Shown: one piece after another, positions 11,801-24,010 of the stretch
Layout of the letters: each line of letters starts with the position of its first letter
Numbering within the stretch: the first letter of the stretch is position 1
DNA from: Macrostomum lignano
Lineage: Eukaryota
Length of the DNA stretch: 64,000 nt
Direction of reading: 5' to 3'
Assembly: GCA_002269645.1 (NCBI GenBank)
Contig: NIVC01000957.1
Span: 1-64,000, forward strand
The notes under the pieces: generated by a model
What the model was told of the DNA's origin: nothing
What the model saw: only the letters and a program-made list of their open reading frames with translations
The model's database searches: none
Translations under genes and position numbers: made by a program

Positions 11801-14800
11801 ATGAAGAGAGTTCCAGTTCGGAAGTGGGGGATGAAGAGAGTTCCAGTTTGGAAGTGGATGATGAAGAGAGTTCCAGTTCGGAAGTGGGGGATGAAGAGAG
11901 TTCCAGTTTGGAAGTGGAGGATTCGGCAACACATTCAGGAAACGTTCGGGAAACATAGGATGAGGAGAGTTCCGATTGGGAAGTTGGAAAGAAAAGAGAG
12001 TTCCAGATGGGAAGTGAAGTCAAATTATAATTGCAAGGAAATCCACCCAAAATCATGAAAAAATTGAAGTCTAATATGTATATACATACATACTAGTACA
12101 TAGAAAATTTGAGATTTATTTATATAGATTTCTAATCAATTTTCGACAATAATGTTTGGGCAAAAAAGTTCTGAGGAAGAGAGGATTGAGTAGAGGAGAG
12201 AGGCGAACGCGCGAGTGAGTGATCTGGAAGCGCATCGTTACGAAAAATATCAGCAATAGAAAAACGAAAAAAAGAGCACATCGAGCACAGAAACTGCTCT
12301 GTCCTGTGAAAGACATCTGAGCAGCTTCAGATTTACTACAGTATTCAGCTTCTGCTCTGAAACTGGAATGCCAGGGACACCTAGAGAGACAGAATCTGGA
12401 ATGGAATGCCAGGGACTCCTAAACAGGCAGAGAATCTGGAATAGAGTGCCATGGACTCCTAGAGAGACAGAGAATCTGGAACAGAATACCAGGGACTCCT
12501 AGAGAGACAGAGCATCTGGAACAGAATACCAGGGACTCCTAGAGAGACAGAGCATCTGGAACAGAATACCAGAAACTCCTAGAGAGACAGAGAATCTGGA
12601 ACAGAATACCAGGGACTCCTACAGAGACAGAGAATCTGGAACGGAATACCAGGGACTCCTAGAGAGACAGAGAATCGGAAACAGAATACCAGGGACTCCT
12701 AGAGAGACAATCTAGAACAGAATACCAGGGACTCCTATAGATACAAAGCATCTGGAATGGAATTAAAGGGCTAATTAGATAAGAATACTGTTATTTCCAG
12801 GAGTTGGAAAAGCAGAAAAGCTTGAAATCAGCAGGAGAAAAAAGAGCACATCGAGCACAGAAATTGCTCTCTCCTGGGAGAAACATTTGAGCAGCTGCAG
12901 ATTCGCTATATGATTATTCGAGTTGCCGGGAGTAAAATCCCCCGTTCTGCTTCTGTCCCAGCCAGGGCAAGGGGCATATCGATCCTTTTCAGAACCAGAA
13001 AAAGTCTGGGCCTGGTCGATTAAGAGGCCTCAGGTCTTCCCTGCCGCTGTGAGCTCCTGCCGGACCCAATTCTCGTCTCGGTAATGTTGGCCATCCTTTT
13101 CCCTGCAATATTAGTACTTGTGCAGTAGTAGCGCGGGGTCCTAAGGCAGGACTGAGTTCCATTAAATTCCGAGCTGAGTAATTAAAAGGATTAATTACTA
13201 CTTGAGCAGATCTTTGTAGATCAGGGAGGCAGTAGTAGCATCAGGGAGGGAGTAGTGGCATCAGGGAGGGAGTAGTAGCATCAGGGAGGGAGTAGTGGCA
13301 TCAGGGAGGGAGTAGTAGCATCAGGGAGGGAGTAGTGGCATCAGGGAGGGAGTAGTGGCATCAGGGAGGGAGTAGTGGCATCAGGGAGGGAGTAGTAGCA
13401 TCAGGGAGGGAGTAGTGGCATCAGGGAGGGAGTAGTAGCATCAGGGAGGGAGTAGTGGCATCAGGGAGGCAGTAGTAGCATCAGGGAGGGAGTAGTGGCA
13501 TCAGGGAGGGAGTAGTAGCATCAGGGAGGCAGTAGTAGCATCAGGGAGGGAGTAGTGGCATCAGGGAGGGAGTAGTGGCATCAGGGAGGGAGTAGTAGCA
13601 TCAGGGAGGCAGTAGTAGCATCAGGGAGGGAGTAGTAGCATCAGGGAGGGAGTAGTGGCATCAGGGAGGCAGTAGTAGCATCAGGGAGGCAGTAGTAGCA
13701 TCAGGGAAGGAGTAGTAGCATCAGGGAGGGAGTAGTGGCATCAGGGAGGGAGTAGTAGCATCAGGGAGGGAGTAGTGGCATCAGGGAGGGAGTAGTGGCA
13801 TCAGGGAGGGAGTAGTGGCATCAGGGAGGGAGTGGTAGCATAAGGGAGGGAGTAGTAGCATCAGGGAGGGAGTAGTGGCATCAGGGAGGGAGTGGTGGCA
13901 TCAGGGAGGGAGTAGTGGCATCAGGGAGGGAGTAGTGGCATCAGGGAGGGAGTAGTGGCATCAGGGAGGGAGTGGTGGCATCAGGGAGGGAGTAGTAGCA
14001 TCAGGGAGGGAGTAGTGGCATCAGGGAGGGAGTAGTGGCATCAGGGAGGAGTAGTGGCATCAGGGAGGGAGTAGTGGCATCAGGGAGGGAGTAGTAGCAT
14101 CAGGGAGGGAGTAGTGGCATCAGGGAGGGAGTAGTGGCATCAGGGAGGGAGTAGTGGCATCAGGGAGGGAGTAGTGGCATCAGGGAGGGAGTAGTGGCAT
14201 CAGGGAGGGAGTAGTGGCATCAGGGAGGGAGTGGTGGCATCAGGGAGGGAGTGGTGGCATCAGGCAGGGAGTAGTGGCATCAGGGAGGGAGTGGTGGCAT
14301 CAGGGAGGGAGTAGTGGAATCAGGGAGTAGTGGCATCAGGGAGGGGGAGCTCTAGTCCATCTACAGGACACAATCCGTGAAAGAGATTCGCTTCGATTTC
14401 AGCTCGATGTCATTTGCAATTAGTTCACCAGCCCAGTTGTCAGCCCCCATTGCTCTCCTACGAGTAATCGGATTCGAGAGTCAGCCCAGCAGAGCAGACA
14501 CTGGATAAGAGCGAGTCAACGTCAACGATCACAGTCAACTTAAATTAACTCAATCAACTCCAGCTGTTTAGGAAAACAGCTTTGAGTCCAGCTGATTCGG
14601 TTAAAAACTTGATAAATCCAATGAATAATCCTAGGGTTAGATTGCGAGTACACGTGCAAAAGTACACGTACACCTCAGGGGAAAGCCAGTACAGGGACTG
14701 CTAGAGAAACAGGGAATCGGGATGCCAAGGACTCCTAGACAAACAAAGAATCTGGAACGGGATGACAAGGACTCATAGAGAGACAGAGACTCTGGAACAG

Positions 14801-17800
14801 AATACCAGGGACTCCTAGAGAGACAGAGAATCTGGAACAGAATACCAGGGACTCCTAGAGAGACAGAGCATCTCGAACAGAATACCAGGGACTCCTAGAG
14901 AGACAGAGCATCTGGAACAGAATACCAGGGACTCCTAGAGAGACAGAACATCTGGAACAGAATACCAGGGACTCCTAGAGAGACAGAGCATCTGGAAAAG
15001 AATACCAGGGACTCCTAGAGAGACAGAGCATCTGGAACAGAATACCAGGGACTCCTAGAGAGACAGAGCATCTGTAACAGAATACCAGGGACTCCTAGAG
15101 AGACAGAGAATCTGGAACAGAATACCAGGGACTCCTAGAGAGACACAGCATCTGGAACGGAATACCAGGGACTCCTAGAGAGACAGAGCATCTGGAACAG
15201 AATGCCAGGGACTCCTAGAGAGACAGAGCATCTGGAACAGAATACCAGGGACTCCTAGAGAGACAGAGCATCTGGAACGGAATACCAGGGACTCCTAGAG
15301 AGACAGAGCATCTGGAACAGAATACCAGGGACTCCTAGAGAGACAGAGCATCTGGAACGGAATACCAGGGACTCCTAGAGAGACAGAGCATCTGGAACAG
15401 AATGCCAGGGACTCCTAGAGAGACAGAGCATCTGGAACAGAATGCCAGGGACTCCTAGAGAGACAGAGCCTCTGGAACGGATCCTAGGAACAGATCAGAA
15501 TATTGCTATTTCTAGAAGTTGGAAATTCAGGAAAGCTCGCTGCTGTTTCCAATCCAGAATCCTAGGTTTAGGCGTCCTAGTCTTAGTTGCTCTGCTAGAC
15601 TCAGGGTTACCTCCTAACCGGGCATCCGGGAAGCTCACAAATATATTTTCGCATTAAAATCCCACAGTTGAGCTGCCTCGCCAGCTTTTCTACAAGAGGA
15701 GAACAGCACAGCGCCCTGATTTATGCCGCCTGCCGCAACCGGAAGCGGAACCGGAAGCAGGCGATCGAATCGGACGACTCACCTGGTCGTAAGTCTGATG
15801 CCGGAGGGTGCCGCTGGCCAGCCCGTCGCTGACGGGGATCACCACACCCAGCATGGTGAGGCTGATGCTGTACAGAATGATGAGGGAGCTCAGCACATGA
15901 CGCCGTGGGCTGCCCGCACCTCCGTCCTCGGCGTCCTCACCGACACCGTCGGCAGCTGGCCCGAGCGGCTTCTCAATCAAGCAGTCGGAGCCGGGCCGGG
16001 CGCTGAGGTGTGGGGGGGGGGGTTTAATAGGCCTGAAAAATGTACTACTCTGTAAACTGAATATCCTGCACATGACACACGTCAGTTGTTTAATAGCTTT
16101 GCAAATATTTATATTATTCAATTCGTTAAACTTCCCATTCCTTCAACACCCATTCCTTAGATATCCCATGCCTTAAGCATCCCATTCCGTAAACATCCCA
16201 AAAAGGCATTGATAAGAGTCAGTTGCATATCAAGTATTGATATCAAGTCTCCGTGCTGATAGCCTAATTAACATCTCATTAAGGTATTTACAGCTACCAA
16301 GCAAGCTCAGGGGCTCGGCCTACTCGTATAAACAGTTTCAGAAACACCTGTCAGACAAATGGAATTGAGGATGAGGAAGCGAATCCCCAGGCAGACTGTG
16401 CCCCCCCCCCAGCTAATCAATGCAGCCTGGCAGAGCGCGCTTTCCATTTGGCTCTCCGTCATTGAATTTTGGTGCGGCCCAGCCAAGCGTATGAAGAGGA
16501 AGAGGCTGGGCCAGCGCCAGGTTCCCACGGTGCAGCCTCTTGAATGTTTCATGACTGCCCGCCCCCTTCACCGATCGGGCCGGGGCAGCTGCTGCTGTCC
16601 TTAAAAAAATTTGGGCGCCAAGCGGCGGATGCGGGGCGTCCAGCCAGCCTCTGAGCTGCATCGCGAGAGAGAGAGAGAGAGAGAGAGAGAAGCGCAGTCC
16701 GACAGCCAAGGTCTTTTGTCTCCGGTGTGAATGCCCCATGCATCCCATTGTGCTGGCCTGAGAGTTTCATGTTTCTCCACCTCTCCGCCTGTTTCCGTGG
16801 GCGCACACACACGACAGTCACAGAAGGTGCACACTGCGGAGTCTGAGCAGTGTGCTCAGGGCGCATGGCTGCTGGCCTTCTGGCTGGCTGCGGGCTGACT
16901 TTTGCGTGTGATCTATGCGCAGTCCGAAGTTCTGCGGGGTCAAAGTGCACCCAAGGACTTCTAGACTAGCTAGTCTAGAAGTCCTTGAGTGCACCCCCTC
17001 CAGTCTGAGCTAACTCGAACGAGCAAGTCCTGGGGTGCAGTCTGTGTGCTTCCCACTCGCATTCCGGGTGGCACGAGAGCAAATCTAATTGAGATGCTTC
17101 GAATCTTGCGGCCCCAACAGTTTGTTTTATCTTTGCCGTTGCGAGAGTTGCAGATCTCTCTGGCGCACAAGCTCACTTGGCTCGGAGTAGACAGGCTCAG
17201 ATGAAGGATCGATGGAGGCTGGCATTCAGCTTTAGCATTCAGCCAGCACTGCCGATTCTCCCAGCCATTCCCCAGATTGACTGCCTGTGTGCTCGGCACT
17301 TCAAGGACTTGGGGCAGGCCGCGCGGATTAAAGTAGGGATTTCAGTTCCGCAGCCTGGGATTTTATGACGCTGAGGAAATCGGGAACAGAAGCGGTTTCG
17401 AAGGAGGGTTTGGAGCAGAGTGGCGCCGAAACCGTTCTCTTATGACATATGGTTACCGGGCTCGAATCCCGATGCGGCGAAATTTCAATTTAGGTTAGAT
17501 AAAAAACCATGGCGTGTCAAGGATTGCCAGTTTAGGAGTGAGGGTTGCCACTCTGAGAGTGAGGGTTGCCACTTTAACAACCAGGAGCCCCTTAAAAGAG
17601 CTAATCATCAGCCATCGGAGTTCGGTTTGAATCAGTTTAGCTCCACATCAATCTGTAGGCATCAAAGCCAGCAAGTTGGCTTTGTCGGCTTGCTTTTTGA
17701 CCGGCAGCGACTGATCGATCAGCCACCTGAAAGCCAATCAAGCAACTGCCTGCTTTAATCAGCCTGTCGTCAGGCAGTGCACACAGGAAACTGTTGAATT

Positions 17801-19333
17801 GCACGCGACAGTCTGAATTTTAATTGAATTGCCTATTAAACACGAAAGCAGGCAAAAATTCTGATTTGCTTGGATCACTAACATGGAAAGGCATCACACA
17901 TCTGTATGATGACCGTGCCTGACTGGAGATAACCCTGCTTAGTACTCAATGCCCCCCCCCCCCAATAACCGGCAAGACCCTGTCTGACAATAAATGACCC
18001 CCAATTACCCAAAATGACCGGCAATGACTCTGTCTAACACCAAATGACCCCCAATGACCGGCAATGACCCTATCTGACACCACATGATCTCCAACGACCG
18101 ACAATGACCCTGTCTAACACTCAATGACCCTGTCTAACACTAAATGACCCCAGTGACCGGCAATGACCCTGTCTAACACCAAATGACCCCCAGTGACCGA
18201 CAATGACTCTGTCTAACACCAAATGACCCCAGTGACCGGTAATGACCCCGTCTAACACCAAATGACCCAAAATGACCGGCAATGACCCTGTCTAACACCA
18301 AATGACCCCCAGTGACCGACAATGACCCTGTCTAACACTAAATGACCCCAGTGACCGACAATGACCCTGTCTAACACCAAATGACCCCAGTGACCGGCAA
18401 TGACCCTGTCTAACACCAAATGACCCCAGTGACCGGCAATGACTCTGTCTAACACCAAATGACCCCTAATGACCGACAATGGCCCTATCTGACACCACAT
18501 GATCTCCAACGACCGACAATGACCCTGTCTAACACTAAATGACCCCAGTGACCGACAATGACCCTGTCTAACACCAAATGACCCCAGTGACCGGCAATGA
18601 CCCTGTCTAACACCAAATGACCCCTAATGACCGACAATGGCCCTATCTGACACCACATGATCTCCAACGACCGACAATGACTCTGTCTAACACCAAATGA
18701 CCCAAAATGACCGGCAATGACCCTATCTAACACCGAATGACCCCAATGACCGGCAATGATTCTATCTAACACCAAATGACCCAAAATGACCGACAATGAC
18801 TCTGTCTAACACCAAATGACCCCAGTGACCGGCAATAACTCTGTCTAACATCAAATGACCCAAAATGACCGGCAATGACCCTATCTAACACTAACTGATC
18901 CCCAACGACCGAAAATGACCCTATCTAAGACCAAATGACCCAAAATGACCGGAAATGACCCTATCTAACACCAAATGACCCAAAATGACCGGCAATGACC
19001 CTATCTAACACCAAATGACCCAAAATGACCGGCAATGACCCTATCTAACACCAACTGATCCCCAATGACCGGCAATGACCCTATCTAACACTAACTGATC
19101 CCCAACGACCGACAATGACCCTATCTAAGACCAAATGACCCAAAATGACCGGCAATGACCCTATCTAACACCAAATAACCCAAAATGACCGGCAATGACC
19201 CTATCTAACACCAACTGATCCCCAAGACTCAAATGTCTAGCAAGCAACTCCCAGTTGAATCAGAGAAAAGCTCAACTCACAGTCTGTCATTCAAGTCGGA
19301 CTCAGCAGGCGCCAGCTCCTGCGGCAGCGTCAT
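5257..19333 (-). CDS. Otop: Otopetrin-family proton channel, 8 coding exons, 701 aa
   Basis: Exons 19333-19281, 16002-15783, 9963-9687, 9055-8846, 8052-7892, 7334-7118, 6759-6366, 5830-5257 all have GT-AG boundaries and matching phases (total 2106 nt). Otopetrin motifs: FYLY, YLRLG..FGFG, HLVVTNLCIW, SPFLYPCAVEY, CHKSHKGLFFG, GRKPARG, LPMIIFFRFHSTVCLSEIWK. Confidence 0.93.
6366..6759 (-). CDS. Otop: Otopetrin exon 7
   Basis: SPFLYPCAVEYGLIS, CHKSHKGLFFG; ccacag acceptor, gtttga donor. Confidence 0.92.
7118..7334 (-). CDS. Otop: Otopetrin exon 6
   Basis: RFALAHLVVTNLCIWMKAV; ttcgcag acceptor; the donor gtgctg is weak but phase-consistent. Confidence 0.85.
7430..7650. repeat. 33-bp intronic minisatellite related to the 3657-4711 array
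   Basis: Unit gggggttagtgacgtcactccatcaaaggaca. Confidence 0.9.
7892..8052 (-). CDS. Otop: Otopetrin exon 5
   Basis: FGFGVMIHDAF...LFILLQTFHLFKNHR; ctcgcag acceptor, gtgagt donor. Confidence 0.9.
8516..8873. repeat. 60-bp tandem repeat (6 copies) spanning the otopetrin exon 4 end and splice donor
   Basis: Unit atcactagctagctcaggacactcactgattgcccccagccgcaggtaaaggttgactgc; one copy is 59 bp. Confidence 0.95.
8846..9055 (-). CDS. Otop: Otopetrin exon 4
   Basis: Ends ...GINLYLRLGAI|gtgagt; ttgcag acceptor, phase 1. Confidence 0.88.
9205..9503 (-). mobile_element. tRNA-derived SINE with a CORE-like domain
   Basis: Minus strand: box A tagcctagtgg, box B ggttcgattct, then tgtgtccttgagcaagacgcttaac...catctgtaaaatggg, which resembles the CORE-SINE consensus; AT-rich tail. 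Confidence 0.8.
9687..9963 (-). CDS. Otop: Otopetrin exon 3
   Basis: IFYLYMHFAGLVFLAFISLVIYRF; ccacag acceptor, phase 0. Confidence 0.88.
10043..10625. repeat. 20-bp minisatellite in otopetrin intron 2
   Basis: Unit gtctcttggtgggc(g/a)cc(c/t)ct. Confidence 0.95.
11552..11920. repeat. 30-bp minisatellite, about 12 copies
   Basis: Unit gatgaagagagttccagttcggaagtgggg. Confidence 0.93.
12365..12760. repeat. 40-bp minisatellite (first block)
   Basis: Unit ctggaacagaataccagggactcctagagagacagagcat. Confidence 0.9.
13219..14345. repeat. 20-bp minisatellite, about 56 copies
   Basis: Unit catcagggagggagtagtgg. Confidence 0.95.
14690..15480. repeat. 40-bp minisatellite (second block, same family as 12365-12760)
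   Basis: Same 40-bp unit. Confidence 0.95.
15783..16002 (-). CDS. Otop: Otopetrin exon 2 (TM1)
   Basis: LSSLIILYSISLTMLGVVIPVSDGL...TYDQ|gtgagt; cacctcag acceptor, phase 2. Confidence 0.88.
16944..16995. mobile_element. P-superfamily transposon excision footprint (8-bp TSD flanking 18+18 bp of TIR ends)
   Basis: agtgcacc | caaggacttctagactag ctagtctagaagtccttg | agtgcacc. Perfect 36-bp palindrome; its first 11 nt equal the terminus of the element at 20894. Confidence 0.8.
17960..19225. repeat. ~39-40 bp minisatellite in otopetrin intron 1
   Basis: Unit ccaaatgaccccagtgaccggcaatgaccctgtctaaca. Confidence 0.93.
19281..19333 (-). CDS. Otop: Otopetrin exon 1 (start codon)
   Basis: ATG at 19333 with an upstream in-frame TGA; MTLPQELAPAESDLNDR-CT|gtgagt, phase 2 matching exon 2. 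Confidence 0.7.
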
Positions 19334-20039
19334 CTCCAAGCGTTCGGCGGAGGCGAGCTCTCAAATCCCTGCGAGCTGCAGCGGCAGAGCAGCGACCACG
19401 AAGGAGTCGAAGGCTTCTCCGGCGGTATAAAATTGGCAAAGCAAGACACAGCAGGGAGCAAATTGAGAAACCGGTTGAGCAGGGGGGGGGAGGTGGAGCT
19501 CAGCGGCCTTCATTGGCTGGCCCAATGCTCTCCAAGCCCTCTCCGTACAGCAGCGCTTCTGTCGGAGCTAAAAGTACACCGGGTTTTTTATCCGCGCGTT
19601 CTTTGATTGTCATCCGTCATCCGAGGACAGAGTATTGGAGTTGGGAGGGGGGGGGGGCAGGGCGATGGAAGCACAGGTTGGTTTGGTGTCGGACAAGAGG
19701 CTCCAGAGTCCAGAGTAATGATATCCGCGTAGATATTGGAGACCAGGGCTTACTGGAGCTTGAGAGCGTAGTGAGGTGTTCCGTTTCCCGATGCTAATCT
19801 GAGGTGCAAATCGATGCAAAGATGAGGAATGAGGCGCATGCTTACGGCGAGGGAGGAAAATTTCCATTGGCCTTTGAGGGCAGCAAAAAAACTCACAACT
19901 GACAGGTAAAGGGAAAGCAGAAAATAGTGGGAAGGAGAGGAAAAGGAGACCGAGGGATAAAGATTGCAAAGTTGGATTAAGAGAGTGAGAGTATAGGGAA
20001 AGGGGAGAGGGAGACGGAGGGAGAGAGATGATAGGGAGA

Positions 20040-20860
20040 GGGAGAGTACAGGGGAAAGTAAGGAGAGCACAGGAGGGAGAGCACAGGAGAGGGAGGACAG
20101 GAGAGGGAGAGCACAGGGGAGGGAGAGCACAGGGGAGGGAGAGCACAGGGGAGAGAGAGCACAGGAGAGGGAGGACAGGAGAGGGAGAGCACAGGGGAGG
20201 GAGAGCACAGGGGAGGGAGAGCACAGGGGAGGGAGAGCACAGGGGAGGGAGAGCACAGCAGGGGAGGGAGAGCACAGGGGAGGGAGAGCACAGGGGAGGG
20301 AGGACAGGAGAGGGAGAGCACAGGGGAGGGAGAGCACAGGGGAGGGAGAGCACAGGGGAGGGAGAGCACAGGGGAGGGAGAGCACAGCAGGGGAGGGAGA
20401 GCACAGGGGAGGGAGAGCACAGGGGAGGGAGGACAGGAGAGGGAGAGCACAGGGGAGGGAGAGCACAGGGGAGGGAGAGCACAGGGGAGGGAGAGCACAG
20501 GGGAGGGAGAGCACAGGAGAGGGAGGACAGGAGAGGGAGAGCACAGGGGAGGGAGAGCACAGGGGAGGGAGAGCACAGGGGAGGGAGAGCACAGGGGAGG
20601 GAGAGCACAGGGGAGGGAGAGCACAGGGGAGGGAGAGCACAGGGGAGGGAGAGCACAGGGGAGGGAGAGCACAGCAGGGGAGGGAGAGCACAGGGGAGGG
20701 AGAGCACAGGGGAGGGAGGACAGGAGAGGGAGAGCACAGGGGAGGGAGAGCACAGGGGAGGGAGAGCACAGGGGAGGGAGAGCACAGGAGAGGGAGAGCA
20801 CAGGGGAGGGAGAGCACAGGGGAGGGAGAGCACAGGGGAGGGCGGAGAGCACAGGGGAGA
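20040..20860. repeat. 16-bp purine-rich minisatellite
   Basis: Unit ggggagggagagcaca. Confidence 0.95.
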
Positions 20861-20893
20861 ACACAGGATACACGTACGCAGCCAGCTAAGGCA

Positions 20894-23221
20894 CAAGGAC
20901 TTCTCAAGTAGAAGGACGTTACACTCAAGTTATCGTGTAAATTTTTTTGGCGGCCGATTGTTTTGAAGTGCTGTAACTTTTTAAGTATTGCATGTAGAAG
21001 GCTAATTCTTTCGCTGATTTGTTCAGAATTTATTCCTCTTTAAAATAATGCTACATTTACGGCTGTATCTGCACGAGGGCGGAAGCAAAGTACAGTAAAG
21101 TACATGTACCTCATTATTTCTAAAAGCAAAATTTATAATTTAAGCACGCTATCTGATTTTTAGTTACTAGGAGCGTATAAAAATGTAGCTATATAGCTAC
21201 ATCCAAGGCATAAAGTGATTAAAGAACAATTGAACAAAGATACACGCATCCTAGGGCCACTGCATGGCTTGACACGGGAGGCTCTAGCGAAGACTGACGA
21301 TTGATATTGATTGACATTATAAAAAGGGAAAATTCTTGATGCTGCTGCAGCTATATTTCAAAACCCTGAAGCAAAAAAACAAAATAAAAGATTTAGAGCG
21401 TAGACGGACAATAGACACAACACATAGTGTCGACTTTGAACGCTTGAAAGAAACGCTTGTCGAGGATTGTTGACTGGATCACAAGCAGCCTGCAAAGTTT
21501 CTATAAGTGCTTGTCTAATTCAACAGACTGCACGACTTGTGCATGCTTCACCCTGTTCAACACAGCTTCCAACTGGCTGAACCGCTTAAGTCGGTTTTGA
21601 AAACCCAGCAGATCCGTGATGTGCACTGATGTATTGCATCGGTGAGCGACTGCTGTTAAGTTGCTTCTTATGGAAACATAGGCATCCACAGTTCGATCAG
21701 TAACTTTCAGTAGGTTCACATGGTCCGACTCCTGCTGCACCAGCCATCCATCAGTAGAGATGCAGTTCATTTTACTAACATGCTCAGTGAACATCTGCCA
21801 CGAACTAATGCGGTCATGTGCATTAAACTCTTCTAGTTCATCTGGGATTGCAGCTCGCTCATTCAAAAGCACGCGACGTCGGGACACATCCCTTGATTTC
21901 CCTGAGAGGTTCAATGATATCAAAATATGACTTTGGCAATGCAAAATCTCCAGCGAGTTGTCTAATGCCAAAGGACGCCAGAAATCTCACTTGGTACAGT
22001 CTGACGCAATGTGCTGGATGCAACAGATGGGAATATACTTGGTGGATCAGCAGGCCATAGAAAGCGCTTCACCTTCATCATCCTTGCATTTTCAGGCCAA
22101 TGCTTGACACAAATCCTTGTCAAGTTTGTTATTCTCTGTGGAAAATAAGTATAATATTGACATTATAATGTAGAGAACAAGCATGGAAAGGTTTTAATGC
22201 ACACAAAATATCTACCTTAACTGTGGTAGGCAAGGCTTTTTTCCATGCTTCATAGTCAGCTGTAGACTTTGGGAAACTATAAACAGTAACTTTAGGCCCA
22301 GTAAGGTAGTTTCCTTTGCAGCCAGGAATGCAGCACTTCAATGGCATGAAGACTAGCTAGAATTAGGTTTAAGATAAATGTAAAAAATTGTTTCTTTTAA
22401 TATATAACAGTTTTAAGGCAATAATCTAAGTAATAATAGAACATAATATAATACTATATAAAATAATAATAAATTATACACTAATACACTCATAGAATGT
22501 TGGTAAATAAACTTGATAAATTTGTACCAGTTGGTATTAGTCATATTGAAGAAATAGGTTGTGTCATATTGTAGAAATATATGTGTAGGCTATAGTCTTT
22601 AATTGTCTTTAAATATTACTATAGTATATAGTGTGAAAGTTTTGAATACCATTAGTTTATACATTTGACGTTGTAGCTTTTTCTAATTTAAAATGACTAA
22701 CCAGATGGCTCAGTTTTTGTAGTATTTGTAGCTAGTAAGTTATATACTTACCTACCTAGTCAATATAGTCATATGCATATTCCTAGCCAAGATAAGACCA
22801 ATACTTCTAAAAACTAATATGAGCAATAAGAGTAAAAACAAATATTATGCCTCTGCCTCTTTGTATTCATTTTAAGTATATTAGTGAAATAAAAAACTAT
22901 TTTGGTGGTTCCCTTCTCTTTGTCTAATATTACAAAAAGAGTAAACTGTTTTCATTAATTTTTACTAAAGAAAAAGTCACAAAAATAGCATAAATACAAA
23001 TGGCATGGACCCAGTCAAATTAAAAAGTAATACAATATGATATTTGTGTTTACAAATTGATGGGATGTTTTAAAGCAAGGCCGCAATCAAGCACAGCACT
23101 TAATTTAGATGAAAAACGTGAAAATTTCCTATCTCGCAAATGCATTTTACGGTGAAAATCGGCCGTCTAAAAAATTTCCACGAAAGCTGAGTGTAACGTC
23201 CTTCTACTTAAGATGTTCTTG
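20894..23221 (-). mobile_element. P-superfamily (THAP) DNA transposon, internally deleted and non-autonomous
   Basis: Imperfect ~65-bp TIRs (caaggacttctcaagtagaaggacgttacactca... versus the reverse complement of the right end caagaacatcttaagtagaaggacgttacactca...); exact 8-bp TSD ctaaggca at 20886-20893 and 23222-23229; THAP gene inside. Confidence 0.9.
21501..22347 (-). CDS. THAP zinc-finger protein (transposase N-terminus), 3 exons 22347-22216, 22135-21991, 21901-21501
   Basis: Splicing restores the C2CH THAP: MPLKCCIPGCKG...SFPK...W...|RITNLTRICVKHWPE...PPSIFP. GT-AG introns of phase 0 and 1. No catalytic DDE core recognisable before the left TIR. Confidence 0.8.
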
Positions 23222-23519
23222 CTAAGGCATCTGAGAATGTCGTGCACTTTTACGAGACAGCCAGTCAGACGAAGATGCCTACCTTCTAAACACTGGTCAC
23301 GGCAGCATTAGCTGGTGCGGAAAAATCAATTACCGCAACTCCTCCATCTAGGCTGCGCTGCCCCGCAATTTCAAGCAGCGAAGCCACCTGCCTCAACTGC
23401 CTCTGGGCAAGGAGAGCTCAAGTTGAGCTTTCGGCACATTGAAAAGCAAATGTACCGATGCTTGAGTTGAAAAACTTTCAATTTTGAGAGTTCTGCGATC
23501 ACAGTGAAAATTTAAAACA

Positions 23520-23638
23520 CAGACAGACAGACAGACAGACAGAAAGACAGGCAGACAGACAGACAGACGGGGAGACAGACAGCCAGACAGACAGACACGG
23601 ACAGACAGCCAGACAGACAGACAGACAGACAGACACTA

Positions 23639-23701
<63 letters not shown>

Positions 23702-23730
23702 AAGACAGGCAGACAGACAGACAGACGGGG

Positions 23731-23773
<43 letters not shown>

Positions 23774-23860
23774 AAGACAGGCAGACAGACAGACAGACGG
23801 GGAGACAGACAGCCAGACAGACAGACACGGACAGACAGCCAGACAGACAGACAGACACTA

Positions 23861-23903
<43 letters not shown>

Positions 23904-23912
23904 AAGACAGGC

Positions 23913-23944
<32 letters not shown>

Positions 23945-24010
23945 GGGCGAACAGACAGACAGACGGACGGACAGACAGAGAGACGGGGAGACAGAAAGAC
24001 AGGCAGACAG
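23520..24010. repeat. (CAGA)n microsatellite
   Basis: Degenerate cagacaga array. Confidence 0.95.

Noticed and set aside
19610-20966. 300-430 aa ORFs (LCSPSPVLSLP / GRAQGRESTGE)
   Set aside because: Translations of a 16-bp purine-rich minisatellite, open in several frames.
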